From Octopus sinensis (Eukaryota): a stretch of 64,000 nucleotides of DNA. Of the stretch, positions 11,915 through 23,832 are shown one piece after another (within the stretch, counting starts at the first letter, position 1; each line of letters opens with the position of its first letter). Both the position numbers and the translations under genes were made by a program. The stretch is from assembly GCF_006345805.1 (NCBI RefSeq), contig NC_042998.1, positions 120,342,001 through 120,406,000 on the forward strand, read 5' to 3'. The notes under the pieces are model-generated. The model saw nothing but the letters and a program-made list of their open reading frames with translations, was not told the origin of the DNA and did no database searches.

Positions 11915-13084
11915 ATTTATTATGAATGTTAGATTACTGGAATGTATTATGCTCAAAACATTATTCTTTATTCTTTTTAGTTTAATCTCAGGAGGAGGAC
12001 GTAGAGGATGACTCTTTTAGATTATGTGATAAAGAATGCATCTGTAGGGCTGCTACTCTTAATGTTTAGTTTTGACTTTTGTAGTTTTGTTCTGAAAGTT
12101 TAGGCTTAGATTTCCGGTTAGTCTTGATTCCATCAGAGGTTTTCCTCCCTCATTACAATGAAATAACAACCTGAAGGAAACAATAAAAAGAGCAAGTTGT
12201 ACATCTTGATAAATGAAATGTTTAAAACTACAATAAACACAAAATAGCAACAAAAAAAAAATAAAATTCCAGTTTAAAATATGATATCAGTCTAAACAAT
12301 GTGAAGCAGTTAGAAATGAGTGTTTAAATATAGGTAAACTTTGTTTAATCTATCTACATCTGAAACTACTGATAGTTAAGAGTGAATCTTTGAGTGGTTT
12401 CTAGAAACAGATGCCTTTATCTTGATGGCAAGCTGTTGTTTGTGTGTCAATTCGAAATAGTCAGGTCCAGAATTATTTCTGTGAATCCAGTAATGTCAGT
12501 TGTAAAACTATCTGTTGTTCTAGGTATAGCTTTAAACAAAGCCAGCAAGTATTTAAGATAAACAAACCAGTTGTTCTCTTTCTCTTTCATTGGGTCAGTA
12601 CATTTTGGTGGAACAGTGACTAATAATTTAACTACTTTTTCTCATATTCAATAGTTTTCCAACTCAAAAGAACTTCTTTGTATATTTCTTTGTACATTAT
12701 TAGTTGTTTTGTTTTGTTTGCCTTTGCCATCCCCACCATGCCTGAGTCTGTTCTAGAAATACATTTATTTTACATATGTATTTCAGGTTATGCTATTTTT
12801 CTTATTGTTATTTATTTACAGAAAAGCAACATTCTTTGTAACTCTAAGTCCCTCCTTCCCCACAATATAGTGAAAGAGCTGGTGAGATTAATATTCAGTT
12901 TAAAGTGTTGAGACAGTGACAGCAGTGGGGATGGGCCAGCTGATTCAGAGGTAAAAATTCTGGAATTGGTGTCATCTTGTAAACATGGGTTACATGAGTT
13001 AACAAGTGAGCCTGTATGTGGTCATTTGACCTGCTAGTAGTAGTAATAGCCAAATTTTACTCAAACCACATCCTAACACCTTAA

Positions 13085-14155
13085 CCCTTTCGTTACCAAG
13101 CCGCCCGAAAAAAATTTTGGTTTATGAAACCAAACCGCCCAAAGCCGCCCGAATTTACCTATTCATATTTAAATGAGAATATCAGAGCAAATCTCTTCAG
13201 TACATTCGTGAAAACACGTATTATACTTCGTAAACAGTTCAACTACAGTTTTGTACAATAATCGAAGTGTAATTTTAATTCCGTGAATTTTGGGAGATTT
13301 TTTCCGAAATTTGTTCCTATTGTGTTTTCAAAATTTGTAATTCTGACAAAAAATGGATACGAATTTCATTATATCAAGCAGCGAGTCAGAATTCGAAGGA
13401 TTTTCTACTGAAGACCTTCATAAATCTAACTCTATGACTGAAAAGAAAAAGCACATGGTATTTGATAATGAATTTGATGTTTCATTTTCCGAAAGTGAAA
13501 ACAGTGAATCTGAGATCTCCGATAGCGATAAAGAAAACGAATTGGCACCTGAATGGAGTGAAAATTTAAAAACTGTTTCTTTCGGTGATTTTTCTGAAGA
13601 AACTGGACCAAGCCACAGACTTTCCCAGAAGGGTAAAGCCTTAGGCTATTTCTATTTACTTTTTCGAATGAGCCTATTTGAAATCATTACAGCGAAAACG
13701 AACCGTTACGCTAAACGTAAACAAAACGAAAGAAAGGATAGTTTGTTATTTCCCACAACCTTAAATGAAATTAAGGCCTATTTTGCCATAAATATTATTA
13801 TGGGTATCAGAAAGTTACCCAGAATAACAAATTCTATCGTAAAATTTTGTTGTATACCCAATTGAATATTAGCTAATATTTTCTATAGCGATGTTTGAAC
13901 AAAATTTTAATAATTTTATATTTTGTGGAATTTACCTGTATCTACCTGCAAATAGAGTCACTTTGTGACAAAAATTATAGTATAGAATTGGTTGAGAATA
14001 TTTCATCAAATTATCTTCCAAAAATCAGATTAATATATCGATAAATAAAAAAGTTATAGTTGTTTAATGAAACCAGACTAAATTTATGATTACGTTAGAA
14101 ATTAAGTGAAACACATAAGGGGTGTAATTTGGTCAGAAATATAGTAACGAAAGGG
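13085..14155 (+). mobile_element. Non-autonomous (internally deleted) piggyBac element, 1071 bp
   Basis: TTAA on both sides (13081-13084 and 14156-14159), perfect 12-bp TIRs CCCTTTCGTTAC / GTAACGAAAGGG, and three CCGCCC subterminal motifs at about 13098-13153. Confidence 0.96.
13353..13865 (+). pseudogene. Truncated piggyBac transposase (N-terminal part, 170 aa ORF, no catalytic DDD core)
   Basis: An acidic Ser/Glu-rich N-terminus is followed by FSEETGP...YFYLLF...IITAKTNRYA...TTLNEIKAYFAINIIMGIRKLP, typical of the start of the piggyBac (DDE_Tnp_1_7) domain. Similarity stops after LPRI. Confidence 0.9.
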
Positions 14156-15156
14156 TTAAAGAGGTACGCCACAATCAGTAATGTAATCCAGTGTACACTA
14201 TTCTGGTGGTGGTGGTAGTGGTGGTGAGATAGGACAGTTATGGTGTGAATGCATTTGATGTTGGGTCTGATGAATCAGAGTCAACCTCAGGCTGAACAAA
14301 ATTTGATTTCGTCTATCAACTGGAGTACAACAGATTATTTTCATCTTTTAACCTTTTGAAATTGACAGTATAACCATGATGTTAACTATATGGAAGAAGG
14401 AACCACATTGAAATAAAACAGATCAGCTTTGATTCTGTTGCAGCAGTTCTTTTTGTGACAATTCTATAACAAGATACATTGGAGAAGTCATGTATCTTTT
14501 ACTTAACATTATAGAATTTTGGTTAAGCACCATTCCTGTTCTGCTATATATCTTATCATAAGAATGGTAGAAATGTGTAAAATGTTTTAAATGCAACTGG
14601 TTCCTATTCATAAACAAATTTAATAACCCTTGGAAGAAGATTTCAATTTTTCTTGTGCAATAATTTCAATATTTAGAGGTTTCTCACTTTTGGATAGAGT
14701 ATCAGATATTATGAAGAGGAAATATATGTCTTCCATACCATTTTGGAGGTCATGATTGATGTGAGTAGAAGAAAATCTGGGTTATGTTTATTAGACATTG
14801 CCACATTTTAACAGCTCTTACAATTTATTCAATTAATTAGAAAAAAAAAAAGAAATTACATATAGAGAATATTAATGAAGCAGTTGACATTTCAGTGTAC
14901 AGTTAATCCTCTAATTATTATTCATTTTAATGAACTTTTGATATATATTTAAAAAGAAAAAGAGATTTTTGCATGTGACTATAGAAAAGTGGATGTTAAG
15001 TGATGATGATGATGATGATGATGGTTGTGGTGGTGAATATGAAGGACAAGAAGAAAAGATATTTGCAATGCTTTTACACGCCTTGAGTGGTTCTGAAAAT
15101 TTAGACAACTCATTTGCAAGTATTGTCAGAGAAAATGTTTTACAGCTGGATATTCT

Positions 15157-15643
15157 TTGGGACCTTTGGAGATATGCTGTGCTTAAGAAAACCCGGCAAG
15201 CCAAGTGAGACCATACCTGCTGCTGATGCTAGTGTGGCTTAACTGGCCTGTTTAAAAGTACCTTTCAATATACTGTGCTTGAGAAGACCTGTTGAGTCTA
15301 GTGAAATTGTTGTCGTGGCTGATGCTAGTACCGCCTGATTGGTACCTATGCTGGTGGCACGTAAAAAGCACCATTCGAGCTTGACTGGCTCCTGTACCGG
15401 TGGCACATAAAAGGCACCATTCAAGTATGGTCGTTGGCAGTGCTGCCTGACTGGCCCCCATGCTGGTGGCACATAAAAAGCACCCACTATACTCTCAGAG
15501 TGGTTGGCGTTAGGAAGGGCATCCAGCTGTAGAAACCTTGCCAGAACAGATTGGAGCCTGATGCAGCCACCTGGCTTGCCAGTCTTCAGTCAAACCGTCC
15601 AATGCATGCCAGCATGGAAAGTGGACATCAGAAGAAGAAGAAG
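15157..15643 (+). mobile_element. 5'-truncated RTE LINE (ORF end plus 3'UTR and short-repeat tail)
   Basis: Reads DLWRYAVLKKTRQAK* (stop ends at 15208), then a 3'UTR homologous to 30818-31290 and 59687-60200, ending in (gaa)n. Confidence 0.9.

Positions 15644-15645
<2 letters not shown>

Positions 15646-15694
<49 letters not shown>
15646..15694. repeat. (TA)n microsatellite (others at 16541-16610 and 16956-17005)
   Basis: Directly visible. Confidence 0.97.
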
Positions 15695-15698
<4 letters not shown>

Positions 15699-16536
15699 TG
15701 TATAAACTTAACTCAGTATCTCAATCATACTAAATTATGTAGTCTGCTCTGAGACCACCACACTCCTTGGCACAAAGGTTAATTGTATAGAGAACAGTAT
15801 AGCAGTCAAGATGTATGACTACAGGCTGTTTTAGTTACCACAGATGGAGACTGGCCAATTGTTTAGGGATCCATTATAAGTAGTTGTTGGATTTTATTGA
15901 GGCAACTTGATTTAGTGTCGTTGTGTAGCAACTGGTCAGCTTTGGTTGAGCAAACTTATGCCAAACCTGAGCTAACCTAACAAGTTGTTGTTTCAGGTAC
16001 ACTATGCTAAGGGCCAAATTACACATCTCTACAAGTATTAGTTAATTCTATGGTATGCAATATGACAATTTAGATGTGTTACGTTATCTCCCATAAAATA
16101 CTGTACAGAGTAATAAGCATTGACACCAACCTGTTTCTGTGTAATGTTGGTATGTGCAATAGAACTTCTCAGTATTCTAAATACCTTACTTATTCCACCA
16201 GAACTGTTTTTATTGTAAATATTTACCTGCTACGAAACAGATTTTAAAATGTCAAGTGACTTTTGAATCTCCCTCCCTATGTCTCCTTTTTCTCTCACAC
16301 ATACATTCTCAGATGTTCCTTTAATGTCTTGATCATGTGTAACACACAGTTATTCTGTTCATTATCATTGTCTTCGTTATCATCATCATCATCGTTTTAT
16401 GTCAATGTTCCATGCTGGCAGGCATCTATACTTAATGTGAAGTGCCCTGAAACTTGTCAACACAAATACCTCAGAAAGATGCCTGTATCATTACTCTGTG
16501 TGTGTGTGTGTGTGTGTGTGTATCTGTCTGTCTGTA

Positions 16537-16611
<75 letters not shown>

Positions 16612-16613
<2 letters not shown>

Positions 16614-16938
16614 TACAGGCATGGCTGCATGTTAAGAAGTTGCTTCCTAACCATATGGTTCTGGATTCAATTTCTGCATGTGTCTTCAGCCTCAGGCTAA
16701 CAAAATTCTCGTGAGTGGATGGGGCAGACAGAAACTGAAAGAAGCCTGTCATATGTGTGTATCTTTGTTTTATGTTTCTCCTCAACCACTGCTTGGCAAC
16801 AGGTGTTAGTTTGTTTACATCCCTGTAACTTGGTTGATCAGCAAAAAAAAGACTAATCAATGTTTTCAACTAAACCCTTCAAGACAGTGCCCTAGCATGA
16901 CCACAGTCCAATGACAGAAATAAGTAAAAGATAAAAGA
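16612..16938 (+). mobile_element. SINE family A copy
   Basis: ggtacaggcatggctg...gaaactgaaagaagcctgtc...tccctgtaact...cagtccaatgacagaaataagtaaaaga. Confidence 0.88.
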
Positions 16939-16954
16939 TGTGTGCATATGTGTG

Positions 16955-17009
<55 letters not shown>

Positions 17010-18065
17010 TATCTAGTTATTTTGGGATATCTGTGACTCATTGACTGCATTTATGTAAGAGATGAATAAATTCTAATGGATTTGTATTTACTAGATATAT
17101 TTTTGACATTGTGACCATTGTATTACTTGAAATAACGTTCTTCTAATCTAGAATTGTTTAAGATATTTTTCTTTTTTTATTATTCAAATCAAGTATTATA
17201 TTGTTTATGTGTACACGTACATACACACACACAAATCTATGTAAGTATATAAATATGTATGAAGAGTTGAAATCCAAGTGATCCACGCCCACAACTTCAC
17301 CTACTGCTAGCTGCTATTCCTACCAACATCACAGAGTCTTAACTGCTGTTGGTCTCGGAATAACTGGAAATAGTTAATATGAAGTTGCATAATGCCTGGC
17401 AGTTATCCAGAATCACCTGAAAGCACAGTGAAACATGTGACTTGCATGTTTATTAAATGAGCTGTAAGATAGCAGAACTGGAGCTTTATAATGTGAACTG
17501 TTTTATTGAGCAACTTTACTCTTAATATATGCAATAATAAACATAAGATAATCATGATGATTATTTAAACTTAGGAAGTTCTCTTAATTAACAAAAAAAT
17601 TATTTCTATTGTAGAAATCCCTTCCCCTCAGATATTGCCATATTATTAAACAGTGGCTATCTTTGTTTATAGATAAGTTTTGGAAATTGTTTTAGGAAGT
17701 TTTATGAGGTTTTGTTTTAATCCTTTCATTAAAATTAAATTAAAGCTATAACTACTTCAGGGAGCAGAACCAGACACCATGGGTCTGCTCTTTGGCATTT
17801 GTACAGGTACTATGATAGCTTCTGTTCCTTTGAACTGGCAATTCTACTCTAGACCCATCCCAGTGCACTTGTCTTTTCTCTTAGTCATTTCAAATGTGCC
17901 TACCCAATACACTCCAAAGTAAATACTTGCCTTCAATTTGTGATTGACTGAAGTTCAAGCTTAATATCAAACCCCATTGATCTCACCATACGTGTGCGCC
18001 TTCATTGTTTCCTCTAAGTAAATAAATAAATAAATAATAATAATAATGATGATGATGATAATAAT

Positions 18066-18427
18066 GATTTCAAATTTTGACACAAGGCCAGCACTTTCGA
18101 GGAGGAGTAAGTTGATTTCATTGACCCCAGTACTCAACTAGTGCTTAGATTTATTGACCCCAAAAGGACGAAAGTCAATCTTGGCAGAATTTGAACTCAG
18201 AATGTAAAGATGGGCGAAATGCTGCTACAAACTCTGAAAATTTTGAGGAGAGGGATCTAGTCAATTACACCAAACCCCCATGCCCTGCTATAGCGGTACC
18301 TATTTTATCGACCCTGAAAGGGTGAAAAGCAAACTTGACCATAGTGGGGTTTGAATGCAGAACGTAAAACCAGAAAAAATGCTGCTAATCATTTCATCTG
18401 ATGTGCTATCAATTCTACCAACTTGTC
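18066..18427 (-). mobile_element. Two head-to-tail SINE family B copies embedded in (AAT)n
   Basis: Reverse complement of the 8529-8970 pattern, with (aat)n/(gat)n on both flanks. Confidence 0.85.
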
Positions 18428-19677
18428 AATAATAATAATGATAATAAGGGTAAAAGTATCAAAAGTAATAATAAGGTGTACACACATGCACACACACAAT
18501 CAAGTAATTTTTCTATGATTTCTAATAAATATATTTGAGATTATAATTTGAACATAATGTATTGTCTAGTTGATGGTCCTATCTTGTCTGACACAGTATC
18601 AGATGTACATAAACACATATCTCTCAACAAACACACACACACACACACACACATGCAGGTCTATTTTTTGGATTTTATGAATATATTAGAGAAAGTAATA
18701 ATTGTTTTAACTGGTTGACATAATCTACTTAATTAACTTGTGTAAAAAAAACAAAAAAAAACAAAGGAAAAGAAAAAGTAAAAAGTTGAAAGCAAAAGTA
18801 ATTTCTGAATAATTCTTCTTGGGAAGGTGGGGTGAGAGAAATCACAGGGTGACTATAGGGGAAATGCTTTTATTACTTTCCTTTAATGTATTTTGTGCAT
18901 GTGTGTGTGTGTTTTGTGATATAAAACTGTAGCTAGTTAGTGAAGATTGTTAATTTAAACACTGATTAGGAATAATAAAATAAAAAAAGAAAAAGAAATA
19001 TTGTACAGTACTCACAAGTGACTGTTGCTGTTGAAGGCAGGCTAGTCGTTACTTCCTTTCTTTTTCTGTTTGTTTGGTTTTTTACTTACACTGAAACTCG
19101 CCTGTCAGCTGCTTCTAGCTACTAACACATGCTACAGTAGTTGATATTACCATATCAACTATGGAGCTGTAAGCATGCTTCTCTACTAGCTCCAGCTCCA
19201 ACTCCAGCTATTAGTTTTCGTACTCTCACAACAAGCAGCTCCTTGCATTTTTAAGCCCCAACCAGTTTTTGACCACATTCACTTCATTTTATTGGAGTGA
19301 CTATGTAATATGTGTTAATAATAGCTTTAATGTGTAGCTCCTCAGTGTTTTGTGTGTCAGCTCAGATGATTGCCGGCCAACATTTACGCTGAAAAGTATG
19401 ATGTGCATTGGGATTGTAGTTTGTTTTGTCGCTCGACAACAGGTGATTCTGGCTGATGAGCAAACTTCACTTCGTACAACTTACATGACATGAAAACGGG
19501 AAGAAAATGGCCATCAGAAAAGAAACCTTCAGACTGTTTATAAAAAACTTTTTATGGGATTATATTACCTGACAGCTAAGAGTGAATAATTTCTATATTT
19601 ACCTGTAAAGTTCTCTGTGGATTATCTATGTTGTTCTTGTTGTTAGCCATGAGATATTTGTGAAAGCCACCAGCACC

Positions 19678-19915
19678 ATGCCGACAAGACCACACAAATC
19701 ATTTAAAAAATCATTCCGGAATTTACAAACCAAAGGCATTCTCTCATTTGTACTATCAGCTGTCTATGTGCTCATTAAAGTCATGTTTATTATTGCTATG
19801 TTTTTCTGTGCAAAATTCCTGCACTATGGTGAAAAACTCATTCGTTTTTTATTTAGTGGTTTTGGAATGGATCCAGAAAAAGTCAACCCAAATTCTGATT
19901 ATTGTCATATAGAAG
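19678..19915 (+). CDS. trio: Putative alternative first coding exon of Trio (5'-extended form of the 19857-19915 exon) encoding a basic plus hydrophobic N-terminus
   Basis: The ATG has a good context (gcaccATG). The frame is open from 19609 through the donor and in frame with the Trio exon: MPTRPHKSFKKSFRNLQTKGILSFVLSAVYVLIKVMFIIAMFFCAKFLHYGEKLIRFLFS-GFGMDPEK.... There is no transcript evidence. Confidence 0.5.
19857..19915 (+). CDS. trio: Trio/Kalirin RhoGEF internal exon (59 nt; spectrin-repeat linker)
   Basis: Acceptor ttttttatttAG (phase 2) and consensus donor AG|GTAAGT (phase 1). It encodes GFGMDPEKVNPNSDYCHIE, which joins in frame to the 58478 exon to give CHIEGVLQQL, matching vertebrate Trio NHIETVLQQL as recalled. 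Confidence 0.85.
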
Positions 19916-20427
19916 GTAAGTACATATTTCTTCTATTGTTTGTATTGAATTTCTGTTTAGTGCTCTAACTGGGGAGGGTTATCATGTAAAAATATCTCAA
20001 ACCCTTCAGTTTGCTATAAACTTCTTTAACTCTACCTTTTGTTTTTAGCAGTTATTAACTGAAAATTTTCAGATTGTAGATTATATTGAAGTTATTTTAT
20101 GCTTGAAAAGAGAGAGAGAAAAAAAAAAGAACATTGCTTAATTCTCTTTTTTCCTTTCTTTTTGTTTTCCTTTTCTCCATGTTTTTCTCCTCCCACTTTC
20201 CTCCTCATATGATGCAGTGATGCTGTCACATGCTGAACATTGCAAACTTACATCTATTGATCTAAAACAATTACGGTGTATATGTATGTATGTGTGTGTG
20301 TATATATATATTAAACTACTAATTATCTCAAAAAATTGACAAAACATTAACTATTTGACAATTAAACTACCTGGAATTTATATTTACTGATTACTGTCAT
20401 ATTTATTGTTGATCTTTAAATCAGTTA

Positions 20428-20710
20428 GAGTTATAGTTCCTGTTTGATAACGAAACTACTCAGTGTTATTGTATTTGCTGTTTGACTTAACTGCCTAGTG
20501 TTATATTTACTGTCTGATAATGAAACTACCTAATATTGATGTACTTTCTGTTTGACAAACTATCTAGTGTTGTATTTACTGTTAATGGAAACTACCCAGT
20601 ATTATTATATTTGCCGTTTGACAAACTACCCAGTGTTATATTTACTATTTGATAATGAAACTACTCGGTATTATTGTATTTGCTGTTTCATAGTTAAGCT
20701 GCTCAGTATA
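20428..20710. repeat. Degenerate minisatellite, 32-36-bp units alternating as a roughly 69-bp dimer
   Basis: At least 7 units begin (a)aactac. Their endings alternate between ...tattgtatttgctgtttgac and ...gttatatttactgtttgataatg. Confidence 0.85.
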
Positions 20711-23219
20711 TATTAAACTTTTTATATCAAACTTTATTTGGTGTTATAAATAAATAAACTTGTTAAAAACACATGCAACATTGTTTAAGAGATATCACAA
20801 TAAATTCTACCAGTTACTGGTATAATTTAGTTATTTTGTTGGGTGGCAGAGTGGACTCTGTCAGATTGGACTATTTTTGAGACGATACTGTTTATCACTG
20901 AGTAAAATGGGTGTGGAATGCTTTGAAATACTTCCCTAAATTTTTGATTCAGTTTCTTGTAAATTACATATCCAGTCAGTTCAACATCCTCATTGAATTA
21001 GATATCACTATTGACAAAACAAAATAACAATCTTTTTTTAACATTTGTTTGTGCTGCAGTATAGTGTTGTTAACAAATAAATTATGTTCTTCAGAAAATA
21101 ACAAAGTTATTTCTAAATGTTATGTCAACTTAACCGTAGGGAAAGATAGCCTTTTAGTTGCTGTTTGTATTGTGTGTGTTTGTAAAGTAAACTGATTATA
21201 CAAGACAATAAATATGGGCCGAGAGTTGTAAAGAGACGTTAAAATTAATCTTAGATTGTGAATCTCTGCATCTAGTCGAGTGGTTTTTAACCTTAAGTGA
21301 TGGATAAATATAACATCCTGCTATAATGAACCAGTGTTTTGGAGATTTTGTGTTAATCACTACTTACTAAGTTATGTGAAGTTTATCTTGTCAGAAAAGA
21401 GTTTTGGGGGTTTGTTTTTCAAAGGACGCTAGCTATTATGACTATAATATTAAGTTAGGGGTTCAAACACTTGATTATACAGAGATAATCTTCACAAAAA
21501 ACCTCAAATTATGATATAGTTAAATCTTTGGGCTATACCCCTACAGTTTTTTTTTTTTTTTATTTCTCTGAACATATCTGTCTCTGTCTCTCTCTCTCTC
21601 GCTTACACACACACTCTTATGAGAGTGACCAGTGTGTATGAAATTGTTTACTTATCACTGTTAACTGATGTATTTCAGTACAATTATTTTATCAATATTT
21701 CTGTATATACTGTTGCTTAATTTGGATGTTATAGTCTCTTTATTATTATTTTCCAAATTTTCTGACAGGAACCAGTCAGAGAACTGTATAGATGTTTTTT
21801 TTCTCTTTTCTTTTTCTCTTTTCTACATTCATTCCTTTATAAGCAAGTTTAGATATTGATTAATTGGCTGGTTGGTTGATTGGTTAGTTGGTTGTGTGGT
21901 TAATTGGTACATTGATTAGTTGATTTAAAACAAAAACATTTCACCAGACACCGTTGTTATTTCTAACTGGACCATGCAGTAGTTCAACTTTCATACACAA
22001 CCTGTTCTTCAAAAAGTTATGATACCCTCAAATTGTATTCAACTGCATTCTCATTTCATAACCAGTGTCATGCAAATGAAAGCAATCTCCAGTTATTGAT
22101 CATCAGTGTCTTTGATCTAACACATACGCACACTTGTCCAAGTTATAGAGTTTATCATTTCAAATCAATGGTGGATGGTGGGGGGGGGACATCTATCAGA
22201 AAATGTATCAGGTCTCTATCAATACCACATCTTTCTTTTCCTTCCTTCCTTCCTTCCTTCTTTCTTATTTTCTTCCTTCCATTCTTTCTTTCTTTCTTTG
22301 AGAACCCATTGGATGCACAATTTCTAGAATAGAGGAAACAGTAAGGTTGGTCATGGCTTGAATGCCTTTAACTAGGTAAAATGTGGTTGGTTTGGATAAT
22401 ATTTTTTTAAAGTCTAAATGACTGAGAAGAGTTGTAATTGAGAGATAAAAACAGTCTGGACTTTTATTTTCCTCTCCAGGATATCTGCTTACAATTTGAT
22501 TGTTATCAAGTTCATATTCTCCACCAAATTGCTACACATGTACTGCATAAATGGTTTAGTTGAATAGATCAAAGCATAATGTAGTTACCAATACTATAAA
22601 CACTCTAAATTGTGTGTGTGTGAGTGTGTGCACGCACAGCCACTCACACTTAGTCACATACACACTCACTCTAGGGAAATGAATTTAATACTAAAAAATA
22701 TTTGTAATCTTATTGATGGTTTCTTGCATCAGCACAAAGCTACAGATTTATTGGAGATGAGAATAGTTGTCTATAATTCAAAATACTACAAGGCCCAACA
22801 GTCTGCTGTTGTTGACTGTCCTAACTATACACTTTATGGATATCTTTTAAGGTAAAGGACATACATTGTAAGGGAGGGATTATTATTGATTTAAGTGATA
22901 CAAGCATATTATTGGTAATTCTTTTGTAATGAAAAGTAATTCACTCTGATAAGATTTCAACTCAAAACATTGAAGGGGAACTCTGTATCCTATTTAGTGT
23001 TTCTGCTATATTGGTAGTGATGAAGATTGTTCCCAGCCTTAAGACATGTTTTGGAATGAAAGATGTTCCATTCTAGTGAAATAACAGATGCTGATTCAAT
23101 AGTCTGTAATTATTTCACTGCTGAAGATGGAAAGAAGAGTTACTAAATTCTGCTCCAAAATGTATTTAATATAAATCTCTACTATAATCATCTATTATAC
23201 AGTTATATAAGTAATAATG

Positions 23220-23436
23220 ATTTCTTCCTTTAGTACAAGACCCATACATTGGCAGAAGTGGCATTATAGTTAATTCAATGAAACATTTTCCCCCAATATT
23301 TGATTAGTACTTTTATTGAACACTGAAGGATGACAGAAAAATCGATCATGACAGGTTTTGAACTCAGAATGTAAAGGAACATAACTAAATACTGCAAAGA
23401 ATTTTGTGTAGCACTCCACTTATTCTGCTAACTACC
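23220..23436 (-). mobile_element. SINE family B, old copy
   Basis: ...tttgaactcagaatgtaaag...aaatactgcaaagaatttt...tctgctaactaccg. Confidence 0.7.
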
Positions 23437-23832
23437 GTTATAATAAGAAGAGTAATTGTTAATAAAGTGGTAGGGCATACCTACTAATAGCTAAGACTAT
23501 CCCCCTAATCTACAATGTATCTATGAAGAAGGCTTGACTAATTAACTGTGTATGAAAACTTGGAAACAGAAATTTCAGAATCTTTACTGTGCTTGTTGGT
23601 GTCATCTGGTGCAGTTAGAAGTTTATTAAAAATATTGTGAGAAACAGATTGTTCTTATCATCATTGCTCACATCCTTTCTGGAATATTGTTTACTTGATA
23701 ACCCACTGAAAAGACACAATGTAGATTACAATATATATTACTTTGTTGATATATAAATGTGTGTGTGTGCGTGTGTGTGTGTGTGTGTGTTTGTGTGTGT
23801 ATGTGTGTGTGTATGGTGTGCGTATGGATGAT

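Larger units (their letters stand above)
13018..14298 (+). repeat. Dispersed repeat family C, split by the piggyBac; other copies at about 35555-35720(-), 40375-40555(+), 44135-44300(+), 45705-45892(-), 59292-59360(-)
   Basis: Shared gacctgct.g.aatagc..aaa...tcttaa...gaatg..tttgatc...gatcag.g..gacct among the copies. Confidence 0.7.

Noticed and set aside
11960-12068. Strong polypyrimidine tract and AG followed by purine-rich, exon-like sequence (EEDVEDDSF...)
   Set aside because: There is no Trio similarity and no convincing donor, and the frames examined stop quickly.
15353-15484. CRISPR-like repeat-spacer pattern
   Set aside because: It lies inside a eukaryotic LINE 3'UTR, has only three 20-nt repeats with unequal and partly homologous spacers, and has no cas genes nearby.
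19916-19968. Hydrophobic C-terminal tail of ORF 19660-19968 as part of a stand-alone 102-aa membrane protein
   Set aside because: It lies beyond a consensus GTAAGT donor and is best read as intron read-through.
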